Below, piece after piece: positions 36,680 through 48,600 of a DNA stretch of 64,000 bases. Numbering within the stretch: the first letter of the stretch is position 1; each line of letters begins with the position of its first letter. The position numbers were made by a program, and so were the translations under genes. Source of the stretch: Camelus dromedarius (taxonomy: Eukaryota); assembly GCF_036321535.1 (NCBI RefSeq), contig NC_087454.1, positions 20,832,001 through 20,896,000 on the forward strand. Direction: 5' to 3'. Under the pieces are notes generated by a model. The model was not told where the DNA came from and did not search any database. It saw nothing but the letters and a program-made list of their open reading frames with translations.

Positions 36680-39600
36680 ATTGAAAAAAGTAATTAGGCA
36701 TTGATGAAAGTTTCTTTGCCCTGTTTCTCTCAATTAGAGTGGAGAGGGCAGTGCCCCACTTCACCTTTGGGTCCCACGGTGGCGATGGTGACACAGCTGT
36801 CTCTCTCCCACAATAGCTTCAAAGAGAAGCATTAAAGGGAAAGCTACCCAAGGCAAGAAGACACAGCCCTGAAGGCTCAATGCTTGGAATGAAAGTTTGC
36901 TGCCTCGAACGCTGGCACGGGATGATGCAGCAAGGGGAGAGGGATGGCGTGCATGTAACAGTCATCACCACTGACATGCGGAGGACGGGGCCAACCAGGG
37001 GCAGTGTGACCGTGACATACAGGGGGAGTCAATGCTGTAATGTGAGGTGAGCCTTCCCCACCCACCCTGTACTACCTCCTACCTCAGGACTTAGAAATAA
37101 CCCTGGGCGGAGGGCCGTTTTTCAACCATTAATAGTTGTGAAAGCCACAGAGTTTAACTGGAAATTACTAGATTAATGCCTTTGCTATAAGACAGTATAG
37201 GGTTTGACATAAAAATTAGAATCAGGAATAGGAAAATACAGAAATTTATTTTTTCACACCCAGTTTTGAGGTTTGAAACTATTCTACCCGTTACACATAT
37301 TCTGTATCATCTTGATGGTATATTGTGTTGGAATTTTCCCAGGACCTTAGGACTTGTCTTTGCATTTTGTTTAGGTCAGTCATGCTACCACCAACTGACC
37401 ACTTAAAGAAGCTCTGTTTAAATGTTTGTGCATCTCTTCTCAAAAAACCCTTAAAAGAGACACCAGTTTTAAAATAAGAACTATGTCCTGAATTATGCTG
37501 TGGATCATGGATGTTCATTTTGTGTAGGGACGTGGTCTGTGGGAAAGGTGGGCGAAGACAAAGGCCCAGAGGACAGGAAACCAGGAGGGAGGAGGATCCC
37601 AGCCAAGGCAGGAGGGAGCATGGAAGGAAAGGGAGTCATGCATCCACGTGGCCACCAGAGGGCAGCAGAGACACGCTCACAGTCTGCCCCTCAAGGACTT
37701 GAACAGAAGTTCAAGACATGATTCACTCACAGACCTTTCTTCTCCAAGCACTGCTGTGTTGTATGACCCACATTCATGGCTCTCTCAGCCAGTAGATGGC
37801 AAAAGGAGCCCTGAACTTAGGATGTCCAAGATTTGAATTCTAGTTTTGCTATAAATCTGGGCAAGCTTCTTTTTTGGATGTCTGTTCATTTTGGGGGTTT
37901 TGATTTCCTTAGCTTTAAAATAGGGATCATATGGGCACCACTCAACTTAAACTATTCCTAAAAGGGTAGAGAGAATATAACAATGACACAGAGCCTCTAT
38001 TTAGGTATAAAGATTCCTTATTGGGAGCAGAGAGTCTTGGAAAGACGGGAGACTAAAACAATAGAGATAAATGAAAATAAGGAAAACGCATTATCGTGAG
38101 AGGACCTCTGGAGTCTTGCTATGAATTCAGAGAAAGTCAAGTGATAGCTATCAGCTTCTATTTTGGGGACCTGGTGGAAATCTATTTTGAGGGTTGTCAG
38201 GTAGACTTATCAGAAAGACAAGAATTATTTATTTCATGGAGTCCCCTAGCAATGGGTCTTGTAAATGCAGAATTCTCCCCAGGCAAAAGAAACATGATCG
38301 ACTTAACTCTCAACATCCTGGTGCGTAGCAGTTTGTAATTCTACTGTCTTCGTGGTTTGTTTTCTGACTGGAGGGGAGGGGGCACTGGCAGAGCCCTGAG
38401 ACGCCCACCCACACGCTGAGTCACGGGCCTAACCTTCCCGCAAGCACTGAAGGAAGGTCGATCCTCAGAGCTGGACGGTGGCCTTTCTTCATAAGCATGA
38501 CCACCGTTCCATTGGCACCTCGAAGAGGGTGACCCTGTCCTTCTGTTCCTTCCTCCTCCATCACCCTGATGCTCTGGAACAACTACAGACAAGAAAGCCT
38601 GACTCTCGTTGTTTGGAAGGAGGCTGAGTCTCTGAAATATTGTTTAAAATCACATCTCTTGGATTTGTTCCTCTTGCAAATGTGTTTTCCTGACACAAAC
38701 AAACAACAACAACAAAACAGTACTTTAAATGAATCAAACTCTCAAACCCTCATCTCCCAGGGCAGAGCTGAGCCCAGTCACCGTGGACCAGCTCATTCAC
38801 ACCCGGCATCCTGGGAAGGCCCAGCAGCCCAGCTTCTCTGTTGATGCCACAGTTGGCAGTTTTTATTTCACAGACATCAATCTCTTCACATACCAACTTC
38901 TGGCCCCTCTCAGGAGGAGGAGGAGAAAAGAAACAGAACAAGAGGAGTTTCTTGCATGGGGATTTGGGAAGGAAATGCCTAGATCCATCTGCCCTCAGCT
39001 CCTCTGGTCAGACGACTTCAGCAGGAGATCCATGAAGACTCTGAGCTGGAGGGAAAAGGCGGGAAGGGAAGACAAAGGAAGGTGCTCAGAACTCAAACCA
39101 TGCAAACACCAAGCGCTGAGGCCCAGATGGCCTGGGTCCAGGTGAGAGCGACCTCATCTCCAAGCCCTCACCGGCTACTCCAAAGCAACATCCTCTCTGG
39201 TTCTGGGTTTAGTGCTATGGGAAGACACAGAGCGAGCTGAGGGAAGATTCAGTACAGGGACAGAGACGGAAGTAGACATAGAGGTGGAGAGATATACTTG
39301 CGTTTAGTAATTAAAAAAAAAATTCTTCATCACGTTTATGGTCTTGTCTGTGTAGTAGGGAATAAAGGTAGGAACGTTACATTTCCCTGGCTTTCTCTGC
39401 CTCTGGTTTCTGAATGGGGCCTGCATTCTGCCAGAGAAACAGTACTATGGGATTCAGGAAGCACAGTCAGGCTGCAGGTTTCCCAGGCAGGTGACACACA
39501 GGTTCATAGACAGGAATCCTGGCAGCAGCCTTGTGTTGCCAAGACATCCCTTCCCTTGGGGCTTGGGAGCAGCCATGATGTCAGCACGGGCCCCTGTGGG

Positions 39601-39966
39601 TCCCGACCTCGTAAAGGCAGGGGTCTGCACTGACGTGCGCTCCTCTAGACTCCCTAACAGTTTTAAGGTATGATTCCCTGAAATAGGGAAGACTTGTAAT
39701 AAATGATCTTGTTTAGAGGGTCCTCAGGGATTTCTATTTCCTGAATGAACTCTGACTAGTACAGAGGCTCCTCCCCTTTTAATGACACCAAGGCAGCCTC
39801 ATTCAGGTGTCCTCAGAAATTCCCTCAAACGCACAGGAAGCTGGAGGTCAGGAGAAAACAGGGAACAATGACTAGTGTCCAAAGAGAAACTTCTTTCCCA
39901 TCACCGAGAAGGGGAACTGAAAGTCTCTTCTAAAGACTCCCCAATTTAGTAATCTCATGAGGAGGA

Positions 39967-40030
39967 CCAATCAGCGTTAAGGTCTAAATGACATCATAAG
40001 TTGCTGAGCAACCCCTTGGGTTGAAGGTGC
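39967..40030 (-). promoter_or_regulatory. Inverted distal S'-X'-Y' MHC class II enhancer module upstream of DRA
   Basis: On the minus strand: GCACCTT (S-like), CTCAGCAACTTATG (X1), ATGTCAT (X2) and CTGATTGG (Y, plus-strand 39967-39974), with promoter-like spacing, about 1.6 kb upstream of the DRA ATG. Inverted distal modules are known upstream of HLA-DRA and mouse Ea. Confidence 0.8.
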
Positions 40031-41427
40031 CGTTTCATCATGGAAAATACAGAGATGTGTACTTGCTATCCGTTTATTAAGCATCTTGTAAGAACGAGGC
40101 ATTATGGCAGCCAGCAAAGGGAAAACATAGAAAAATTATACTTGGTTTTTCCTCTGAAAGAGGAGATGGCAAGTCTAAACCACAGACTCAGACTCTCTAC
40201 AGAGGCTGACACTGTGGAACTCTCATCTGGCTCATCCCGCTGCCTCCAGAAAACACATTCTTCAACAATTTTAGGGCAGAACTGTGCCTGCAGCCTCCCA
40301 GTGATCTAGAAGTCAGTATCGGAGGATGTTCAAAGCCCTTCGATACAATCAGAAAATCAGCAATGTATAGAGTGTTTGTGCTTATAATTTGTGAGCAGAG
40401 TGGTAGGGCAGGCTAAGACCTCAGCAGCGCAGAAAACAGTGTGGAAAACTCACCCTAAGCAGATGTGCCATGACTGATACTAAACAGTGGACTCACCGTC
40501 TCATGAGCTGCCTCCCTGCCAAGTCTCTTCCTTGGAAGCATTTGGATTCCAGCCCTTTCTATGGATGGTTCAACATTTTCCTTTCTGTTTTGCTACATTT
40601 TCAGAAACATGAGGGTCACTGTGTCCTAACTTTCAGTCTTCTCAATAGTGAATGTCAAAGTAAACTCTTTGAATCAGAACTTTTATAATTTATGATGTGA
40701 GGAAGTAATGATAAAGCCCTCCTGCAGGTCACCATCTCCAGTCTTCCAGGTAAATAAGCTCTGCCCAGTTTACTCTGTATATCCGTCTATCTGAGTCTTC
40801 AGATAAGATGTGGGCCCAGCAGTCGTCTCCAATCTCTGGTCATATTTTAGGTGACAGCAATTAGGAAGAGGGTCCCCCTTCATAGCCTGCTGTTTCTGGT
40901 AACCACTGTCCATGTTCCACTGTGTAGCTTCTCATCCCTCCCCAGCTTTGGGAGTGTTGAAACTCAGTTTCTCCTCCAGTGTTCTCTAAATATGGTGAAC
41001 TGCCAGGGACCCCGAGCTCTTGGGCAGAGTCGGCCACCTTGGAGTCCAGGACACTGGAGGAGGATCCTGAAGCAATAAGAGGCATCTTAAGTGAAGCTCC
41101 GTCACTCAGTACTGCCAAGATTTGGGCATTCTTCATAGCCTAACAGTTTGCCTTCTTTTTAGATGACTTGTCCCTTAAATAAATTCCCCAGCGATCACAG
41201 CACAGAGGCATGACCTGCCATTAACTCTCACCTTAGGGCATTTCCATTGATTCTCCTGTCACTAATGTGCTTCAGGTATGTTTCTTTCTAGAACTTGGAA
41301 GAGTCTGCGAGTGATTGCTAATCATTCTTGAAAACTCGATTTTTTTGGTCTTTTTTGTTTGGTCATGAGTTTGTCTGATTGATTAAGAAGTTCCTTTTCC
41401 TTTAATGAACAAATTGTCTCCTTTCCT

Positions 41428-41492
41428 GGACCCTTTGCAAGAGTCCTTCCCTTAGCAACAGATGTGTCATCTCCAAAGATTTTTCTGATTGG
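41428..41492 (+). promoter_or_regulatory. DRA proximal promoter S-X1-X2-Y module (RFX/CREB/NF-Y/CIITA)
   Basis: GGACCCT at 41428-41434, CCTTAGCAACAGATG at 41450-41464, TGTCAT at 41465-41470 and CTGATTGG at 41485-41492, in canonical order and spacing. Confidence 0.93.
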
Positions 41493-41623
41493 CTGCAGCT
41501 CAACTTATTTTAAATTTTAAGCAGACTCTATGACACCCTACATTCTCTTTTCTTGTATTCCTGGCTGTTCTGACCCACCTGTTCTAAACTCTACTGACCC
41601 TCATCAAGGCACCTAAGAAGAAA

Positions 41624-44600
41624 ATGGTCATGACTGGGGTCCCAGTCCTAGGAGTTTTCATCACGGTCCTGATGAGACTTCAGGGATCATGGGCTATCAA
41701 AGGTAAGTGCTGAGAGAATCAAAAGTAGGGGTTGTAACCTCTGAGAGCATCAGAGAAATGAGCTGTGAACATTTGGAAGATAGTCTTTGGAGTGAAAGAG
41801 AAATGTAACGGGTATTATGTGGGTCTGAATCTAGAACTGAAGTAAGTTGTAGTTGGAAGAGTCCTTTCCTCACCACAAATTGGAGTAAGTGAAGCTTAGA
41901 TTAGGGGCGAAACTCAGACACTGATTAATCCCATCGACTTGGAGATAAACCAGACTTGAGGGGAAATATTTTCTGACAGGCATTAACACGTTACCTCCCT
42001 GCACTTTAATTTTTCATTTTGGAAAATTAGTAAAATGAAAGGCCTGACATAATTTTGTGAGGGTTAAATCAGAAAAAATATGAGAATTTCTTGGCACCTG
42101 TTCTCAGCTGTTTTAGCCTGTGACTCCTCTCAGCATGTCTGGAGCACAGACATTATACTGAAGATCACGGGAAAGGACAGTCACCAGAAAGCAACCGCCG
42201 ATCCAGGGGAGGGTGAAAGGCAGGCCTGCTGATATGAGTCACATTTAATTTACTGCCTCCTGGGACAGTGACAGCCCCGGTTACAGTGGATCTTACAATG
42301 ATCTTAAGTCATTGTCACTAAATAATGTTCCCAAGAGAGCGGGAAGAGTAAAGAAGTGGAGGGTCTGCTATTATTCTGTGCCATCCCCAGAGCAAATGTG
42401 CCACTGTGAAGATGTATTGTGAAAAAACACTCCTCACCCAGAGGGACCCCCAAAGAAGGGGGCAGGTAGACTGGAAATAAGTAAAGAAATAACCCAGCTC
42501 CGAGACCCATGCTGACAGTTGTGGGTTTGTATTGCCCAGAAAGAGCCATACGTGAGGGTGTTTACCAGGAAAGATAGCTTCCCTGGAAGCTTTCCATTTC
42601 CTGGAAATGGAAAGAGTCAGTTAGAATATTTGTGTGTGTGTGTGTGTGTGTGTGTGTTTATAGCTGCAAATGCTAAAAAAAATCCCTAGGTTTATTAATA
42701 TAGAGTCAAATTTTAAAATCTACCTCTCATTTACATGCACCACAGAATACCCTTTGCAAGAGTCCTTTGATTGCAAACTCCTCGATTGTAACTTATTTCA
42801 AGTTGATTATTCCTTTCGTATAGATTATTCTCGCTATCAACTATAATAGAGTATGTCCCATAATGACAGTCTCAACTTAAAGATCTTTAAGATACAAGGG
42901 AACGTTGGCAAGGCCAACCTCAACAGAATCCTTCCCTCAGAGGCGTGCACGGAGCGGGTGCGGACCCAGGAAAGTAGGTGTTCTCCTGCACTACCAGGTC
43001 TCAGACTTAATTATTTGGGTACCGCAAGCTCCAGTCATATATTCCGTGGATCTGGTCCTTAAACACAAAGCAGTTTCTGACCCTAAAGTACTTGTTATAA
43101 TCCTGATGGTATGCTAAGAAATTACTTACAACTAGTCTGATTTAATCTTAAAAACAAACCCAATGTAGATGCAAAACCACAGTAGAATATAGTGAGAAAG
43201 CATCCTTCTACATAAATGATAAATTAATCTACTCAAGATCATTAGGTAAATAAGTAGCTGAATGAAAATTCAAGATTTACTTTGATTCCAGAGTTCCGAA
43301 TCCAGTCTTTTTCAACAGTGTTTGTCTCTTGTTAGAGTTACAGTGCTGAGAGACGCCCTGGAATTCGGGTTTAAGTGATTTAATTCCTAGGTCAAGAGAG
43401 AACGTTTCTCTTTTAGGAGCTGCTGCTGGATTTCTAAAGAGGAAATCATTTCTTGGCCAGTAACATGGAGCCAAACAAAAGCTTCATGAGACTCTGGGTG
43501 TTTCAGCTCTTGTGTCCACACTCTCTGCGTCACCCCTTCATTCCTCCACTTCCACCTCTGAGCAACACGAACGTCCTTCACCCGGCCTCCTCCTCCTGCA
43601 CAGCCTTGCTCTCCTTCACTCCTCCACTCCACTTGGCCTCTCTTCCCACCACTCCTGCCCACGTGTTTGTGCCTCACATCCTGGGTCCTCCCTCTCTCTC
43701 TCCTGGTTCCTACCCTAATTCCCTTTCTTGTCTTTTCAGAGGAACACGTGATCATCCAGGCTGAGTTCTATCTGAACCCTGACAAGTCAGGCGAGTTTAT
43801 GTTTGACTTTGACGGTGATGAGATTTTCCACGTGGATCTGGAAAAGAAGGAGACGGTCTGGCGGCTTGAAGAATTTGGACGGTTTGCCAGCTTTGAGGCT
43901 CAGGGTGCATTGGCCAATATAGCTGTGGACAAAGCCAACCTGGACATCATGATAAAGCGCTCCAACCACACCCCGAACACCAATGGTACCTCTCTCTGCT
44001 GCCCTCCTAGACGTGGGAATTGTAGCTTTAGATAGATGCTCAGCTCTCTCTGTTGTGTTATCGTGACTGACTTGCCCTTCCAGGGGCCTGACCTTGCCAT
44101 AAGCAAACCCAAAATTCTCACATTACCAACCCAAGAACTTTATGAGTTTGTTCCTTTCTGGGTGTGCTCACATCTTGTCTTTGCCACCCATGGTATCTCA
44201 TAAAGTCTTTGCCTGAATCCATGCTTCCATGCTGGGGGAGCCAAGAATGCGGTCCTTGGAGACCTTGAACCTTAGCATCGGTCGCTGTTCATGGGGAGGG
44301 TGTCAGAGCTGGGTATCTGAGACCATGGCGCAGATTCTTAGGGCACAAGCTCAACTGCTTTTTCAGCCTCAGTGGAAGGGAGAGGGGCAGGCCTAAGCAG
44401 GGAAGGCTGATTTCTGTCACCTGTCCCCCAGTGCCTCCAGAAGTGACTGTGCTCCCCAACACCCGCGTGGAACTGGGAGAGCCCAACACCCTCATCTGTT
44501 TCATCGACAAGTTCTCCCCACCAGTGGTCAAAGTCACATGGCTTCGAAATGGCAAACCTGTCACCACAGGAGTGTCAGAGACAGTCTTCCTGCCCAGGGA

Positions 44601-45173
44601 TGACCACCTGTTCCGCAAGTTCCACTATCTCACCTTCCTGCCCTCAACCGAGGACGTCTATGACTGCAAAGTGGAGCACTGGGGGCTGGAGGAGCCTCTT
44701 CTCAAGCACTGGGGTGAGAACCAGCCTTCAGCAGTTCCTCTCGTGATGCCTGGGTCTGGTCCTTTGGAACCCCAACCCCCTAACTGTTTCATAACAACTG
44801 CTCCAGTTCCTCCTCCTGGACTTCTCCCACTGCTCAGCTTTCCCCACTTCTAATCTGTAATTCCCTTAATACATCATCCTACCTTCCTCTTATTTAATTA
44901 ATGAAAAACTATTTTTTGACTAAGTGCCCAATTTTTTGATTAAGTGCCCAATATTTGGTCCTAAGTGCTGCTCCCTATTGCATTCATTACTTCTGTATTC
45001 TGTTTTATTTTTCCCCAGAGTATGAAGCACCAGTTCCCCTCCCAGAGACCACAGAGAATACGGTGTGTGCTCTGGGCCTGGTTGTGGCTCTGGCGGGCAT
45101 CATTGTTGGGACCGCCCTCATCATCAAGGGCGTGCGCAAAAGCAATGCTGCTGAACGCCGAGGGCCTCTGTGA
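41624..45173 (+). CDS. DRA: MHC class II DR alpha chain, 253 aa
   Basis: Exons 41624-41702 ([26 protein letters not shown]), 43740-43985 ([33 protein letters not shown]...), 44432-44713 (alpha2) and 45019-45173 (TM/cytoplasmic, ...AAERRGPL*). A non-coding exon 5 starts at 45875, with AATAAA at 46257-46262. 762 nt, open frame. Confidence 0.97.
42631..42657. repeat. (TG)n microsatellite in DRA intron 1
   Basis: Perfect TG run. Confidence 0.92.
44911..44968. repeat. 20-bp tandem repeat (about 2.9 copies) in DRA intron 3
   Basis: ATTTTTTGACTAAGTGCCCA, ATTTTTTGATTAAGTGCCCA and a degenerate third copy. Confidence 0.8.
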
Positions 45174-47399
45174 GGCACCTGCAGGTAGGTTTGATGTCAG
45201 AAGAAGACATATGTGGAGTGATTCAAGGAAAGGAAACAGAGTTGGGGAAAGGGCATGTGATACCTTTAAGGGAAGGGGAAATGACTAGAAAAGCCATGGC
45301 TATTGAACTATCTTTGTTGTTCAGAATCAGACATTGGCATCATCTGGTATCCCAAAGATTCATGGTGCTACACCCCTTTCCGTACATGTGCACCTAAAAC
45401 CACACCCTCTGTCTTGGGAATTATCTCCAGTAGCTAAAATAATTGTTTCGCATTAGAATTCTGAGTCCCATGATCTGGGAAAGACAACCTCAAGACTAAG
45501 ACATTTCTTGGCTTATGTTTCCTAAGACAGGACATCAATTCTGAAGCATTTCCAGAGCTTTGCTCTTTGGGGTGTAGGGTAGATTCACAGTATGAAATGG
45601 AAATCACTTGGAAACCAATGCCTGTTTTTGCCTCCAATCTGAAAAATGATGTCAGATGGTCTAAGAAAAGGTGAAGCCTGGTATGCTCACTTGTGCTTGC
45701 TTGGAAGGTAGGTTAGAGCAGTTCATGTTGGAAAGGCTGTATTTACTAGGGATCACAAATATTAAGAGGCTTTCCCAGAGTTGAAGGATTAAGAGTGAAG
45801 AGGAAGGAATCTGAAGGTAAGAGCTCAAAATATTCATCTTAAACTCTATAGTAACTATGTGTGTCTTCCTTCAGGTAATGGATCTGGGTAGAGAGAAGAT
45901 CAGTGAAGATATTTCTGCTTGAATAGCTTTACAAACCTGGCAATACTCCAGTTGTTCACCTCAGTGAAGACAACCATCCTTCAGGACTTTCCAGCCCTTA
46001 GCTACTCCAAGAGTAAAGACGCCTTCTTCAGTCTCCAAATTCCAGTGTCCCGTTATTCCCTGTCTACTGCTTCTTCTTGTATTGGCTTTTCCTCCATTTC
46101 TCACTGCCTTGTTATTATCACCATGTAATCTGTTTGGAATAGATCCCATAGGATTTTTTCTCTGCTATGGAGCCTTTTGAATGTTCTCTGGGGGCATCCT
46201 CTGTACACTTATTACTTGGAGATTCTTCCAACTGTGATTGTGATTTTTCTGAATGCAATAAACTTGAGTGGGTCTTAAGTGGAGTTTTTGGTTTCTGAGC
46301 CAGTTCTTCACACGGGCTGGGGAATATATGTGATCCTTCCATCCTGAGATATTTGAATGTTGAATGTATCTCATAAGCTCTGTAATTAAGCAGAAATATC
46401 CCAATTCATTAGGGCTCAGTTTCAATCAGAGAGTCTGCAAGAATCCAGTTGCTGAGGTCCAGTCCTCAGCTGGAAAACCCTAGAGTAGGGTTTATTTGTT
46501 CAGAGACAATTTAGCAGTGGGTTCACAATCTGATTTGGGTTCTTAAGCCTCAAAATCAGTGAGCTATTTGGATCGTCAGTAGAGTGAATCTCAAACCCTA
46601 AGGTAGGCCTCTGATAATGGGTGAGACAGATGGCAGTGGAGAGCTAAGCAGAATACGGGAGCATCCATATACATAACAGAATTTGCATATCAACACAACG
46701 CATTTTAGACTTGAGGAGGAAGGATATTGCACCCTGAGGATTGGCATTACCTCAGTCTTACGGATTTGGAATTTAATAAGCTTGCAGTCAAAGAATATAT
46801 TCTGTGTGATTTTAATCCTGTGAAATTTATGAGATTTGTTTTACAGTCATAGTATATAGTCTATTTTGTGGATATGCTTCATGAAATTTAAAGAAATATT
46901 AGATATAGTCAATTATACACATCAATTACAAATGTCAATTAGATCAAGATGGTTGAAGTATTATTCATATCTTTGATATCCTTACTGATGGTTGTTTGCA
47001 TGAAACTATAGAGATGTTTTCTACACCGTAATTTATCTGTTCTCTATCTCAAACTTTAGAATGCCTTTTTCCTCTTCTTTTACATTTTTCATAGTGATCT
47101 TGGGGGTGTATGTAAGAATTTATCTAGCGTGGAAACACCCAAGATGAAAGTACTGGGTTCTCCAAACTACACAAAGGGGTACACCAACTTATGCTCATAT
47201 GTCCGTGTGCAGTACTCAAATATAATCCTGTAGAATGCTGTTATTTCACATATTTTATAATCTTTTGATGTAGGAAATTTTTATAATACAGACAAGTTTA
47301 TCGGGTTTTTTTTTTTAGATTTGGGAAATGTTTTTATTATTCCAAACTCTAGTGCAACAAGCATTCAATTTGATGTCTCCTTGGGCCTGTGTAGAATTA

Positions 47400-48600
47400 T
47401 TTCTTTTAAGATAGATAACTGGATATTAATTTTTGTTGTTGCAGCATTTGCATTTTAAATTTAAATAGATACTGCCAATCTGTCACCCATTCGTTATCCT
47501 AATAACAGTATATGAGAGAATCCAATTCTATAGAATTTTCTAAGTCCTTGATTTAAAAACAAACTATTATATTTGCCAATTTGGAAGAAGAAATATTTCA
47601 TCACATTGTTATTTGAACTTGCATTTTTCTGATTTCTAATGAGCTTGAAAAAAATATTTCATGTTTTATTGATCAATCATTGGTATATTCTCTTCTACAA
47701 ATAGTCTATATCCTTTGCCGAATTTTTTGTTGGATTTTTGTTCATTTATTTATCAACTTGTTGGAAATTTTACATAATAAAAAGACCCAATGTCTGCCTT
47801 GTGTGTTGCCAATTTTTTTCTGGAGCTTTACATGTTTTTTCTAATTTTATTTTCTCCATGGAAAGAAAATGTCTATTTTTATTCAAATATATTTTTCCTT
47901 TATGTCTTCTGGATTTTTATCTTGCTTAGAAAGGTTTCTTTTCTGCTAAGTTTATTTTTAACAACTTTAGTGGAATACAATTTATATACCACACATTTAC
48001 TCTTTCTACATGCAAAATTCAATGGTTTTAGTAATTTATAAATGTGTGCAACTACCAACATAATCCAGTTTTAGAACATTTCCATCACCCCCAAAAGTCC
48101 CCTGTTTACAGTCAATCCCACCCCCATCCCAGGTCCTAGGCACATACTGATCTGCTTTTTGTGTCTATAAATGTGCCTTTTCTAGATATTTCATGTAAAT
48201 GGGATCTTATGACATGTAGTCTTTTGTGGCTTCTTTCATTTAATATAATATTTTTGAAGTTCATCTGTCTTTTTTTAGTATGTATAATCATTTCCTTTTT
48301 ATATTTTTCAGTTCCTTTTTATTGTAGAGGAGTAACTTCATTGTATGGATATAGTATGTTTTGTTTATCCGCTCACTCACTGATGGATATTTGTTTACTG
48401 TTTTGGGCTATTATGACCAATGCTGCTACACACATTTGCACACATATATTTGTGTGGACTTAAGTTTTTATTTCTCTTGGGTAGATTCCAAGGAGAGGAA
48501 CTGCTGGATCATATGACAAATGTATTTTCTGACATTTTAAGAAACAACTGAAGTGTTTTTCAAAGAAGTTGTAGTATTATACACTCTCACCAGCAGTTCA
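47400..48600 (-). mobile_element. Antisense L1M fragments downstream of DRA
   Basis: Motifs such as ACATTTCCATCACCCCCAAAAG, GATATTTCATGTAAATGGGATC and GGAACTGCTGGATCATATG. Confidence 0.7.

Noticed and set aside
36112-36794. ORFs in the track spanning 36112-36794
   Set aside because: They are artefacts of translating through N gaps.
45061-45130. G>A change in the DRA TM glycine motif (GLVVALAG)
   Set aside because: An Ala at this position is recalled from other artiodactyl DRA sequences, so it is unlikely to be unusual.
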